DNA of 64,000 nt, from assembly GCF_963921235.1 (NCBI RefSeq), contig NC_086098.1, forward strand, positions 2,852,001 to 2,916,000, read 5' to 3'. The translations under genes and the position numbers were made by a program. Positions 49,241 to 62,005 of this stretch are shown in pieces (positions within the stretch are counted from its first letter, which is position 1; every line of letters begins with the position of its first letter). Below the pieces are notes generated by a model that had not been told where the DNA came from, ran no database searches, and saw only the letters and a list, made by a program, of their open reading frames with translations. This DNA is from Mobula hypostoma. Taxonomy: Eukaryota.

Positions 49241-50367
49241 CTCTCTCTGGCTCCCAGCAGAACTGGACTCTGCTCTGTTTTCTAGACTTGAATCCAGAGA
49301 TCATGGGTGGCACGGTAGTGTAACACCTTAACAGCACCAGCCACCCGTGGCCAATTCCCGCCGCAGTCTGCCAGGAGTTGGTATGCTCTGCCCATGACCA
49401 TGTGGGCTTCCTCCCATGCTCCAAAAACATATGGTTCAATGTACATTTATATTGAAGTATGCATTCAGTATACAACCCTGAGATTCGTCTTCTTTCAGCC
49501 AGTCACAAAACAAAGAAATACCATGGAACCCATTGCAGCCAACCTAGTTCAGACTTGTTTTCAACTCCCTTGATTTGTGCATATCAAAGATTTGATCTCA
49601 GCCTATCAGTGAGAAATGTTCTGCAAAGCTGATATTTTCCCCAGTTGCATACATCGAACTTTGTGTAAAATGACACTGAAAATGGCAGATGACAGAAGAG
49701 AAATAATCTTTAAAAAAATTAAGAAAACATACGAAGATTGAACCTCTTTAATGTGCATAATTCAGTTTTTTACGTTTTTAATCTCTGTTGGAACAAAAAC
49801 TATAAAACTTATGATAAATTAAATCAAATGTATCATTAACATTTCTGACAGTGATCAGATTTGATCTTACAAAGGTTCCACTGTATTAATTCACCAACAT
49901 TGCAAGCTGTCCATGCAAGGCTATCCTGTGCACAGCAACAGCTGCTGCTCGAACAGCACTGCATGAAGTACCGGTGACAGCTGCTGATAAAAAATATATT
50001 CTAAAATTTGTAAAATTCACTAATTGCCATACTTCTTGCTTAATAATGTAGATCTTTATGCAAATAAGCAGATTATGCAATTAAGCAATCATCATTTTAC
50101 TGAACGCTGAAGTTGACATACAGTGCACCATTCCTCTATATTTACATTAGGATATTTAATAAACGTGCTTTGGACCCATTACTCATAATGGGAATGCTCT
50201 AAAATCATTAAAACACTGCAAAGTACTGCAACATCACACAAATTCTCTTTACATTTTGTTTTGTTTTTGATTGATGCAGGAGTGAACGGATAGCTTAAAA
50301 ACAAACAGAGCTTGCTGTGACGAAATATTACTTTTAAATAGTGAACGACGACACATTGCACATACTT

Positions 50368-50650
50368 GGCACTACGGTTAGCATGATGGCATTACAGCTT
50401 GTGGTAGCAGAGTTCAGAGTTCAATTTCTGGCACCCTTTGTATGTCCTCCCCATGAAACCCATGGGTTTCCTCCGGGTGTTCCAGTTTCCTCCCATATTC
50501 CAAAGACGTACCAGTTAGTAGGTTAATTGGTCATGGTAAATTGCCCTGGATTAGGCTAGGGTTAAATCGGGGGTTGCTGGGCAGCGTGGTTCAAAGGGCC
50601 AGAAGGGCCTATTCCTATTCCACACTGTATCTCTAAATAAAGCAAAATAA
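50368..50650 (+). mobile_element. V-SINE/HE1-like SINE
   Basis: V-domain GGGTTTCCTCCGGGTGTTCCAGTTTCCTCCCATATTCCAAAGACGT; A/B-box-like head. Confidence 0.8.
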
Positions 50651-51339
50651 AATTTTATTTGAATTATAGGCTGAGCAGCAAAAATATTCAATTGCATATG
50701 TGTATATTCTTTCTTTAGTAATTTGAGTAGTCTCTGAAAGGAAGTGGGTTAAGTGACAGAGACCCACAGTTTGTTCTACAGGTCAAACACAAGGCAGGTG
50801 ATAAAAAACGCTAGTGAGAGTGCACAAAAGCAGATGGACCATGGAGGCATGTCATACCTAATGGTCTAGAGGAGACTCCTGTCAATGGCTATTTGAATCA
50901 GGATTCTACTTAGCCAGGATAGTTATATTGGTCTTCGGAGGCCTTTTGGAGATTTGCTAAACTATGCTTGACCTTGAAAGATACCCAGCAGGCAGCTCCT
51001 CCTTTCCTGAAGCAGGCAGTGTGAAACTCTGACACAAACACAAGTTGAAGGCTAACCTATTAGACCATAAGACATAGCAGCAGAAATAGGCTATTCGGCC
51101 CATTGATCCTGGACTAGATGGGGAATGTTTCCGTGCTGACCTTCTCTATGATTCTATTCCATTATCACTGATTTCAGGATTCAGATTCAAGATAGTTCAT
51201 TGTCATTCTTCAGCAAACGAGTATAGAGGGAGAATGAAATGACTTATTTTGGATCCAATGCAGCATAAAATGAAACACAATAATCATACTGAGCAAAATA
51301 AATACAAATATTAAAGCAATCCTATAAAACACCATACAC

Positions 51340-52058
51340 AAGAAACACACAAGATGCTGGAGGAACTCAACAGGTCAGGCAGCATCTATGGAAATAAATA
51401 AAGTGCCAACGTTTCAGGCTAAGACCCTTCTTCAGGACTGGAAAGGAAGGGGGAAGATGCCCGAATGGAAAGGTGGGGGGGAGGGGAAGGAAGAGAGCTA
51501 GAAGGTGATAGGTAAGACCATGTGGGTGGGGATGGTCCCAGTGAAGGGTCTCAGCCTGAAATGTCAACCATACTCTTTTCCATAGATGCTGACTGGCCTC
51601 CTTGAGTTCTTCCAACATTTTATGTGTCTTGCTTGGATTTTTAGCATCTGCAGATTTTCTCTTGTTCGGGTTGGGAATGGTAAAGGGCCAGTGAGGAAGT
51701 CATCTGATTGGAGGGGAAGGTGAACCATACGTGAAAGGGAAGGAGGAGGGACCCAGGAGGAAGTGATAGGCAGGTAAGAAGAGATATAGAAGAAGAGGGG
51801 AGGGAGAGGGAATTTTTTTTACTGGAAGGGAAAACTGATATTCCTGCCATCAGGTTGGAGGCTACCCACACCGAACATAAGATATTGTTCCTTCACCCTC
51901 ATTGTGGCACAAAAGGAGGTCATGGACTAACATGTCGGAATAGGAACGGGAATGGGAATTAAAACATTTGGCCACAGGGAGGTTAAGCTTTTCGCAGTTG
52001 AAGCAGAGGTGTTCGACGAAGTGGTCCTCCAGTGCACGATGGGACTCACCAATGTACA
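51340..52058 (-). mobile_element. Penelope-like element: GIY-YIG remnant plus inverted pLTR pair
   Basis: MYIGESHRALEDHFVEHL...PVAKCFNS (51862-52059); inverted arms about 51345-51440 and 51540-51660. Confidence 0.85.
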
Positions 52059-53624
52059 TGTAATTGTAAAGTGACAGTGCATGGGAGTTACAGGATGCAG
52101 TGGGGCTGTCTAGAGGAGTGGCCGACTTGGACGTAGCTGGGGAGGGTCATGGTAGGGTGTGTTAATGGATAGAGGTGTTGATCTGTCTGATGGCTTGGGA
52201 GAAGTAAATGTTTCTGAGTCTGGTGGTCCGAGCGTGGATGCTACGTGGCCTCCTCCCTGATAGGAGTGGGACAAACAGTCCATGAGTAGGGCCTGTGGAA
52301 TTCTTCATGACATTGCTGGCTTCTGTCTGGCGTCTTTCTGTATATATGTCCTTGATGGCTGGTAGATGGGATAGCAGTTATTTATCATCTCTCTCAACCT
52401 CACTCTCTAGCCCCTCTCCACAAAACCTTTGACACCCTGACTAATCAAGAACCTATCAACCTCTGCTTTAAATGTACCCAATGACTCGGCCTCCACGGCC
52501 ATCTGTGACATTAAATTCCACAGATTCACCACCGTACTCTGTTTTAAGACTGTAGATGGTCCTGCAAGTCCATTCTCACCAGTGTTCTATAAATATGCAT
52601 CAAAACCATTCTATTTTTATATTCCATACCCATTCCAAATAAACAGGCTAACAGTCCATTTGATTTTCCAATTCCCCACTGAACTACGGTGAGAGTGGGG
52701 GAATACAAGAGTAAGATTTGAGCACATCTTGCCTAAAGCTAGCCTACCTTGAGAGCGGGCTATTGCAATCAGAATAGGCTCTGCCAAGCATTCTTAAAGT
52801 CTGTATAACAGGGGAATCATTAGGGAATAACACAGCATGGGACAGATTGGGCACCAAAACTTGCAACGTGAAAACGTAGCAGTTAGCATAATGCTTTACG
52901 GCGTCAGTGGCCGGGATTCAGTTCCTGCTGCTGTCAGTAAGGCATTTGGACATTCTCCCAGTGACTACATGGGAGGAACCAAAACTTGCATCACAATAAC
53001 AAAGCAATTAGTGTAATGCTTTACAGTGCCAATGATTCGGTTTATATTCTTGTTGCTGTCTACAAGGAGTTGATATGTTCTCTCAGTGACTACTTGGGTT
53101 TCCTCCGGGTGCTCCAGTTTCCTCCCACAGTCCAAAGGTTAGGATTAATAAGTCATTTGCATGTTACTGCACAGTAGTACGTTTATGGATTGCACTGAAC
53201 TGCTGCCGGGAAATTAAAAAAAACTAATTTCATAAGATTTGTGCATGATGATAAAACTGATTCTGATATGTGAACTGAGACAGGAAAGGGGGCAGGGCAA
53301 GGGAATCATGGTTGGGAAAAGGGAAGGGAGAGGGAAGGTTGCGGGAAGCACCAGAGAGATGTAGGTAATGATCAATAAACCAATTGTTTGACCTGTCCGG
53401 TGTCTCAGGGCTGGGTGTGTCTGCACTCACAGCACCACCTGACGCTGGCACTCTTTCTCTGCCACCTGTCCCACACCCTTCCCGCGACACTCTACTCTCG
53501 GCATTCCTAACATCCCAATATCCTTTGCTCCCACCAGATCTACAAACTCGCTCGCCGACGCACACATACATAATATGTTGCTTGGAGTGTTCTTTTGTCT
53601 CGTGTAGTTTTTACCAGGATACTG

Positions 53625-54009
53625 ACTCACCAGAAGTTGGACCTTCCAGATACAGGTGTATTTTTACTACAGTTAATTGAGACAACTTGACTGCACACAG
53701 GTCTCCAAAAACAGATCTCTATTAACTAATTATGTGACTTCTAAAACCAATTGGCTGCACCTGCATTGATTTAGTGTGTCATATTAAAGGGGTTGTATAC
53801 TTATGCCATCAATTATTTTGTTGTTTATGTTTGTAATTAATTTAGATCACTCTGTAGAGATCTGTTTTCACTTTAACATGAAAGAGTTCTTTTCTGTTGA
53901 TCAGTGTCAAAAAAAGCCATTTAAATCCAATGTGATTCAATGTTATAAAACAATAAAACATGAACTCTTCCGGCGGGGGTGTGTGTAAATATTTTTTCTA
54001 GGCATTGTA
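53625..54009. mobile_element. Second Tc1-like family, terminal fragment
   Basis: AAAGGGGTTGTATACTTATGC inner repeat and GGGGGTG...AATATTTTTTCTAGGCATTG|TA terminus resemble IR/DR Tc1 ends. Confidence 0.55.
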
Positions 54010-54831
54010 TGTGTGTGTGCCTTAGATTTTACACTGTGCTGTATGTTGGTACCAAAGCATGCTGACACTTGAAGGCTGCCCCTCGGACTGTGTTGGTCGT
54101 TGAGGCAAACAATGCATTTCACTGTGTGCCTCGATGTTTCAAAGTGCATGTGACAAATAGAGGTCATCTTTAAATCTTTAAGGAAGACTTGACTGCTGGA
54201 GGCAAGAAGTCTAAGATGTCCTATATCTGCAACAATCCCAGGACATTCCTCAGATACTAGTTCAGAAGTCAAAGGAGCACAGAGTTACAGAGATCAATGG
54301 AGGAGACAAGCCCTAAGAGGCTGAAGGGAATGTTACTATAGGGGGTGGAGATACGATGGGACTTAACTCCTTCAAGCTCATCGGTGGAAGCAGCTTCATT
54401 TCTACCTTTGATGTCTCTCGTTCTCTTTTTCAGGTGGATGAAGTTCTTTTTCAGACTGTGACCTAAAGTTACACTCAGAATTCGCTGTAATGCAGATGTG
54501 GGACCGGCTCCCGTAACGCTTTTCGAATTCCCGTGGACATGAACTGGAAGATGAGCATGCCTGCAGGGTTCTGAGGGTTTGATGGACGGGCTGATTATAA
54601 GGCAAAGCCACCGACTGAAGTGTTGCAGGTGAAAGCAGAAAGTCAGAAGCAGCTGATCACCTGTTGGACAATCTGTACCCGGCGAAACGTATGTTCATTC
54701 GTTCTCTCTCTCTCTTTCTCTCTCATTGATTGGGAAGAATCTGTTGCTGATTCTTGAGTCAGAGAACTCGAAAAAAGTGATGCAACTGACTTTATCATTG
54801 AAAATCAGCAAGTTGTTCTGTTAAGTCTCCC

Positions 54832-55720
54832 CTCTCGGAGAGTCAGAGAGACTTGGATAGATTGGAAGAATGGGCAGAGAAGTGGCAAATGAAGTACAAT
54901 GTTGGAAAGTGTATAGTTATGCACTTTGGCAGAAAAAATAAACGGGCAGACTATTATTTAAATGGGGAAAGAATTCAAAGTTCTGAGATGCAACGGGACT
55001 TGGGAGTCCTCGTACAGGATTCCCTTAAAGTTAACCTCCAGGTTGAGTCAGTAGTGAAGAAGGCGAATGCAATGTTGGCATTCATTTCTAGAGGAATAGA
55101 GTATAGGAGCACGGATGTGATGTTGAGGCTCTATAAGGCACTGGTGAGACCTCACTTGGAGTACTGTGGGCAGTTTTGGTCTCCTTATTTAAGAAAGGAT
55201 GTGCTGACGTTGGAGAGGGTACAGAGAAGATTCACTAGAATGATTCCAGGAATGAGCGGGTTAACATATGAGGAACATTTGTCCGCTCTTGGACTGTATT
55301 CCTTGGAGTTTAGAAGAATGAGGGGAGACCTCATAGAAACATTTCGAATGTTAAAAGGCATGGACAGAGTGGATGTGGCAAAGTTGTTTCCCATGATGGG
55401 GGAGTCTAGTACGAGAGGGCATGACTTAAGGATTGAAGGGCGCCCTTTCAGAACAGAAATGCGAAGAAATTTTTTTAGTCAGAGGGTGGTGAATCTATGG
55501 AATTTGTTGCCATGGGCAGGAGTGGAGGCCAAGTCATTGGGTGTATTTAAGGCAGAGATTGATAGGTATCTGAGTAGCCAGGGCATCAAAGGTTATGGTG
55601 AGAAGGCAGGGGAGTGGGACTAAATAGGAGAAAATGGATCAGCTCATGATAAAATGGCGGAGCAGACTTGATGGGCTGAATGGCCTACTTCTGCTCCTTT
55701 GTCTTATGGTCTTATGGTCT
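54832..55720 (+). mobile_element. Young CR1 3' part, (ATGGTCTT)n subfamily, inside an unclassified repeat (about 54290-56070)
   Basis: Open 256-aa ORF 54853-55623, nearly identical to 20816-21580. Confidence 0.95.
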
Positions 55721-56079
55721 CTCACTGTGAAAGGGGACACCTCTCTATCCCTCTATTGAGGAGAGAGAGAGCCTGTGGTATGTCGAATTGTCGGATGAAT
55801 GATTAGATTTTGTTATACTGCAGATCATGATCCTTCACAGTGGGCAGAGGGTGTTGATGCTCTGTTTTGCTGTAGTAAGTGGGGAGGAGGAGGGTCGTCG
55901 CTTCTTGGGTGTGGGAGGGGGGAGTAAGGGGGGGCTTGGGTGTTCCAATGTTTTTGCTGTCACTCATTCTTTGGGGCACTTTTCAGTTTTCATGGATGTC
56001 AGTGAAGATGAAGAATTTCAGGTTGTATATTGTATACATTCTCTGATGTCAAATGGAACCATTGAACCACTTTCGGGAA

Positions 56080-56655
56080 AACACTGCCTCGCTGGTCAAG
56101 AAGGCACCGCAGCATTCAAGGCTCCCCAACCTCATTCAAAGAACTTTCTACAGGAGCAACTCTGAGAGTGTCCTGTCTGGCTGCATCATTGTGTGGGAGA
56201 GGAGCTGCAGAGTATCAGCCCACAAGACCCTACAGAGGACAGTAAGAACAGCTTAGAGTATCATCAGGCTCTCCCTCCTCCCTATCTACGACATTTACTG
56301 GGAACATTGTAAATGAAGGACTGGAGGCATCGTTGAGGATCCCTACCACCCATCGCACAATCTCTTTGACTTACTCCGGTACAGGAGCATGAGGACTGGG
56401 ACTGCCAGACTGGGTAACAGCTTCTTCCCTCAGGCTGGGAGACTAATAAATACCCTGGCACCACCAAGGCCTTGTCATTCGGACAGAGAGCTGTTTACCT
56501 GTGCTGGGCACTTCACATGCATTTTGAATTTTATTTTATTAACTTATTTTGTTTTATGTGTTGTCTGTGATATACATTTTGTGGATGCTCTGCAGCCCAA
56601 AGGAAAGTTGTTTCCTCAGTTGTATGTACAGTCAGATGACAATAAACAATCTTGA
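56080..56655 (+). mobile_element. Rex1/Babar 3' fragment
   Basis: ESVLSGCIIVW..C....KTLQRTVRTA; RTGTARLGNSFFPQA.RLIN. Confidence 0.75.
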
Positions 56656-57214
56656 CCTATGATGGCTTTACATTCACTGACAATATCAGTGACCGATGAT
56701 GTCCCAGCCTCAGACGTAGTGTGGCATGGTACTGTAGCACTTGGTGTGAGACTATTAAGGTACCCGCTATCCACACTCAATTACCGCCGCTGCCTGTGTC
56801 AAGTTTGTACGTCTCTCTGTGACCATGTGCGTTTCCTCCAGATGCATCAGGTTCTTCCCACACTCGAAACATGTACAGGTTAGTAAGTTGATTGGTCACA
56901 TGGGTGTAATGGGATGACGCGGGCTCACTGGGCCAGCAGGACTTGTTACTATGCTGTATTTCCAAATCAAAATAAAAATAGCTCAGTCCACCACACTTGG
57001 CTCAGAGAGTTGCTTTTACAGATCTAGATTACAGAAAAAGAATCTAAGTTGAAATCCTCATGGTCCCTGTTGGAACCGCTAACTTACAGATAAGATTCTA
57101 AACCAAGTTTCTGTATGTTCTTCCCAGAGGATACAAATTCCTCAAGAGGAAGAGGCTGAGAAGGTACTCCCTTTGTGTTTTTCAATACTTCACCTTCACT
57201 CAATGCAACCAAAT

Positions 57215-57598
57215 GCAGACTTTATTAGGTACACCTTACACACGTCCATTAATGCAGATATCTAATCAGCCAGTCATGTGGCAACAACTCAATCTATAAA
57301 ACCTTGCAGATAAGGTCAAGCGATTCAGTTGTTGTTCAGACTAGACATCAGAATGGGGAAGAAATGTGATCTAAGTGGCTTTGACCGTGGAATGAGTGCT
57401 GGTGCTAGATGGGGTGGTTTGAGTATCTGAGAAAGTGCTAATCTCCTGGTATTTTCCCACCCAACAGTCTCTAGAGTTTACAGAAAATGGTGCAAAAAAA
57501 AAACCCATCCAGAAATCAGCAGTTCTGTGGGTAAAAATGGTTTATCAATGAGAGAGGTCAGAGGCGAATGGCCAGACTGGTTCAAGCTGATAGGAAGG
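57215..57598 (+). mobile_element. Tc1-like fragment
   Basis: ACTTTATTAGGTACACC; ATGGGGAAGAAATGTGATCTAAGTG. Confidence 0.8.
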
Positions 57599-58154
57599 AT
57601 CTTATCTGAGTGGGATAATAAATCAGCCATGATGGAATAGTGGAGCAGACTTGATGGGATGAATGGCCTAATTCATCTCTTATGCCTTATGGTCTATTCC
57701 TGAGCAGCAGGGCTAGTTTGACAATATCAGTGTTCTTTTGTACTTCATTACAAACACCCCATGGAAGAAATTTGAGGGCAAAGTACAATATGCTGACACT
57801 ACATTATAACACATTTAAAATGACTGATCAGGTGAATTACTTGGCAGTTATCTGCTCTTTTAAATTGTTGGTTGTGGGATCTTCCAGGTCTGACATTTAA
57901 AATGTTATAAAGACATAGCCTATTAAATCTTAACTTTGTCCTTGAGAACTCTTTGTGGAATATTAATGAAAATTCATATAAAGGCAAACTCCAGACTATC
58001 CTGATGAAGCATGACTGATGTTTCAGAAGGCAGTTTGAATGCACAGGAAGGGAAGAGGCTTTAGAGAGAATCAAAGTCTATCTAGGCTCTAAAATCTAGC
58101 CTGTACTGATGAATCTTGGTCAGTTAGTACAGTAACATGTCAGGCAGGTCTGAT

Positions 58155-59730
58155 CACAATACTGCAAGTGTGGTCTGGCCAGTGCCTCATAAAGCCTCAG
58201 GATTACATCCTTCTTGCTGTACTCTAGCCCTCTCAAAATAAATGCAAGAATTACGTTGGCCTTACAGCCTACTGCCTCAACCTGTAAGTTAACCTTTAGG
58301 GAATCCTGCACAAGGACTCCCAAATCTCTTGACACCTCGGATTTTTGTTTTTTTTCCATTTATAAAATAGTCCACTCCTTTAATCCATCTGCCAAAGTGC
58401 ATGACCATACATTTCCCTACATTAAATTCCATCTGCCACTGCTTTGCCCATTCCTCCTATCTGTCTATCTTTGTCTGCATATATTTGGCTTCCTCAACAC
58501 TACCTTTCCCTTCACCTGTCTTCATATCATCTGCAAACTTGGCTACAAAACTATCAGTTCCATCATCCAAATCATTGACATATAACGTGAGAGGAAGCAG
58601 TCTACACTGACCACTGTGGTACATCACTAAACACTGGCACTCAACCACAAAAGGCCCCTTTTATTCCCACTCTTTGCCTCTCTTCAATCCATGCCTGTAA
58701 TACCGTAGGATCTTATCTTGCTTAGCAACCTCATGTGCGGCACCTTGTCAAAGGCCTTCTAAAAATTTTTAGTACACAACATCCACCCACCTGGCTTTTC
58801 CTAGCACATTCCAGATTGTCCTGCTCACTTTCATCCTCCATCTTCTTATTTTGGCATTTTCCCCCTTCCTTCCAGTTCAGAAAAAGGGTCTCGGCCTGAA
58901 ACGTCAACTGTTCTTGTTTCTCAGGCAGGTCAAACCTCTTCCAGCCTAATACCTTTGCCTGCCTTAGAACAATGGCACAGGAGCAGGCCATTTCAAAACA
59001 TCTAAACACTAGTCCCTCCTACTTACACCATGTCCATATCCCTCCATCTTCCTTACATGCATGTGCTGATCCAAACGTCTTAAAGTCCAATGAATTTTCC
59101 TCTACCACCATACCAGGCAGCGTATTCCAGGCAGTAAAAAACTTACCACTACATCCCCTTTGAACCTACCCCGTCTCACTTTCAATGCATTCCCCCTGGT
59201 ATTGAACATTTCAACTCTGGGAAACAGATACTCTCTGTCCACTCTATCTATGCCTCTCATAATCTTGTAAACTTCTGTCAGATCTCCTCTCAGCCTCCAG
59301 TGCTCCAGAGAAAACAGCCCAACTTTATCCAGCCTCTCATGACAGCACATGCCTTTCAAACCAGGCAGCATCCTGGTAAACCTTGTCTGCACCCTCAATA
59401 TCCTACCTACCTCTAGTGAGGTGACCAGAACTGTATTCAATACTCCAGATGTGGCCTAACCAAATTTTTATACGTTTGCAACATTATCTCTTGACTTTTG
59501 AACTTAATGCCTTCACTAATAAAAGCAAGCGTTCTATAAGCCTTCTTAACCACCTTATTGACCTGTGAATCCACTTTCAAGGAGCTATGAACTTGGACTC
59601 CAAGGTCTCTCTGTTCAGCAACACGGTTTAGGAACTTGCCCTTAACATGGTAGTCTCCTGGCATTTGCCCTACTGAGGTGCAATAGCCCACGTTTATCAG
59701 GGTTAAACACCATCTGCTATTTCTCTACCC
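58155..59730 (-). mobile_element. Two CR1 fragments (58155-58790 and 58970-59730) separated by a Penelope pLTR piece
   Basis: FVAKFADD; RDLGVQVHSSLK; RLRGDLTEVYKIMRG; GGGTCTCGGCCTGAAACGTCAACTG near 58886. Confidence 0.85.
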
Positions 59731-60419
59731 ATATGGAGGAATTTAAAGTGGGGGGTTATATGGGAGGCAGGGTTTGAGGGTTGGCACAACATTGTGGGCG
59801 AAAGGGCCTGTAATGTGCTGTACTATTCTATGTCTGTAATTGATCTATATCAGTATTATTTGCCAGTCTTCTACATGATCCACAACTTCACCAACTTTTG
59901 TATCATCCACAAACTTACTAACCTTCATTCCCTTCTGATTCAAAGCAGGAGTTTTGAAGTTCAATGTTCAAAGTTCGAAGTAAGTTTATTGTCAAAGTAA
60001 ATATATGTCACCATCTTGCAGGCGTACTCAATAAATCTATAGAACATAACAAAATCAATGAAAGACTGCACAATTTGGGCATTTAACCAGAATGCAGAAG
60101 ATAACAAACTGATACAAAATAAATAAATAAATAAATAAATAAATAAGCACCAAGTATCGAGAACGTGAGATATAGAGTCCTTGAAAGTGAGTCCATAGAT
60201 TGTGGGAACAGTTCAGTGATAGGCTAAGTAAAGCAGGGAGAAGTTAACCCCTTTGGTTCAAGAACCTGATGTTTGAAGGGCGATAACTGTTCTTGAACCT
60301 TGTGGTGTGAATGCTGAGGCTCCTGTACATTCTGTCTCTTGGCAAGAGTGAGAAGAGAGCATGTCCTGGGTGGTGGAAGTCACTCACTGAATGTATTTTG
60401 TTGGAAGAATACAAAGTAG

Positions 60420-60870
60420 TCAGTGGCTATTTTATTAGGTACACCAATACACTTGCTCATTAATGCAAATATTTCATCAGCTAATCATGTGGCAGCGACT
60501 CAATGCATAAAAGCATGCAGACATGGTCAAGAGGTTCAGTTGTTGCTCAGACCAGACTTCAGAATGGAGAAGAAATATGACCTAAGTGACTTAGACCATG
60601 GAATGATTGTTGATGCCAGACAGGGTGGTTTGAGTATTTTAGAAACTGCTGATCCCCTGGGATTTTCATGCACAGCATTCTCTAGAGATTACAGAGATTG
60701 GTGCAAGAAACAAAATCAAAATATCCAGTGAGTGGCAGTTCTGTGGGCGAAAATGCTTTGTCAATGAGAGAGTTCAGAGGAGAATGGCCTGACAGGTAGA
60801 TGACAGTAAGACAAATTACCACATGCTACAACAATGATGTGCGGAAGATCATCTCTGAATGCACAAACCA
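60420..60870 (+). mobile_element. Tc1-like non-autonomous fragment
   Basis: MEKKYDLSDLDHGMIVDARQGGLSILETAD.LGFSCT..SR.YR.WC. Confidence 0.85.
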
Positions 60871-61175
60871 AAACCAAAATTGATGGACATACAGAAATAG
60901 AGGGCCTTAAACACCATCAACATATTGGGCAGTAAGTGAGATCTCATTAAGGATATTGACTGCTTTTCATTAATAACCTATCACCCAAGTTTGTCTAGCT
61001 CTAAGAGTGTGGAACCAGCAAGTGGTACGATTTGGAGAGGCATAATACGATTAGGAATAGCCAGCATGGCTTTGTGATAGGCAGGTCGTGCCTTACGAGC
61101 CTGATTGAATTTTTTGAGGCTGTGACTAAACACATTGATGAAGGTAGAGCAGTAGATGTAGTATAATGTAGTATA

Positions 61176-61291
<116 letters not shown>

Positions 61292-61292
61292 G

Positions 61293-62005
61293 TAGTATCC
61301 CTACACCTCATCTCTTGTAACCATTCAGGGCCCCAGGTGAGAGAACACTTCACTTGTGAGTCTGTTGGGGTCATCTATTGCATCCGGTGGTCCCAGTGCG
61401 GCCTCCTCTACATCGGTGAAACCCGACGCAGATTGGGGGACCGCTTCGTCGAGCACCTCCACTCCGTCCGCCACATCAGACAGGATCTCCCGGTAGCCAC
61501 CCATTTCAACTCTACTTCCCATTCCCATTCAGATATGTCCATATATGGCCTCCTCTACTGCCATGATGAGGTTAAGCTCAGGTTGGAGGAGCAACGCCTC
61601 ATATACCGTCTAGGTAGTCTCCAGCCCCTTGGTATGAACATAGAATTCTCCAACTTCCGGTAATTCTCTCCCTCTCCCTTCTTCTATCCCTATGCCACTC
61701 TGTCCCCTCCCCCAGCTCCCTCATGGTTCCGCCTCTTTCTTCTACTACCCATTGTTTTCAGGGCTATGACATCATTGCTTCCCCTCCCCCACCCCTTTGT
61801 CTTTCAAATTACTGATCTATCAACTGACGCTACAAGCATTCTTCAAATCCTTCCCCATCTTTCATTCTTCAGTCCTGATGAAGGGTTCCGGCCCGAAACG
61901 TCGAATCATCGTTTCCTACTGATGCTGCCCGATCTGCTGAGTTCATCCAGCGTACTGAAAGTGTTGCTTTGATCTTTTACAGCATCTGCAGATTATTTTG
62001 TGTTT
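61293..62005 (+). mobile_element. Penelope-like retroelement 3' part: GIY-YIG endonuclease and pLTR
   Basis: HFTCESVGVIYCIRWSQCGLLYIGETRRRLGDRFVEH...PVATHFN...RLEEQRLIYRLGSLQPLGMN (61337-61663). Confidence 0.93.
61870..61907 (+). ncRNA. Minimal hammerhead ribozyme motif in Penelope pLTR
   Basis: CAGUC-CUGAUGA-A-GGG-UUCCGG-CCC-GAAA-C-GUC^-GAAU; core intact, stem I mismatched. Confidence 0.65.
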
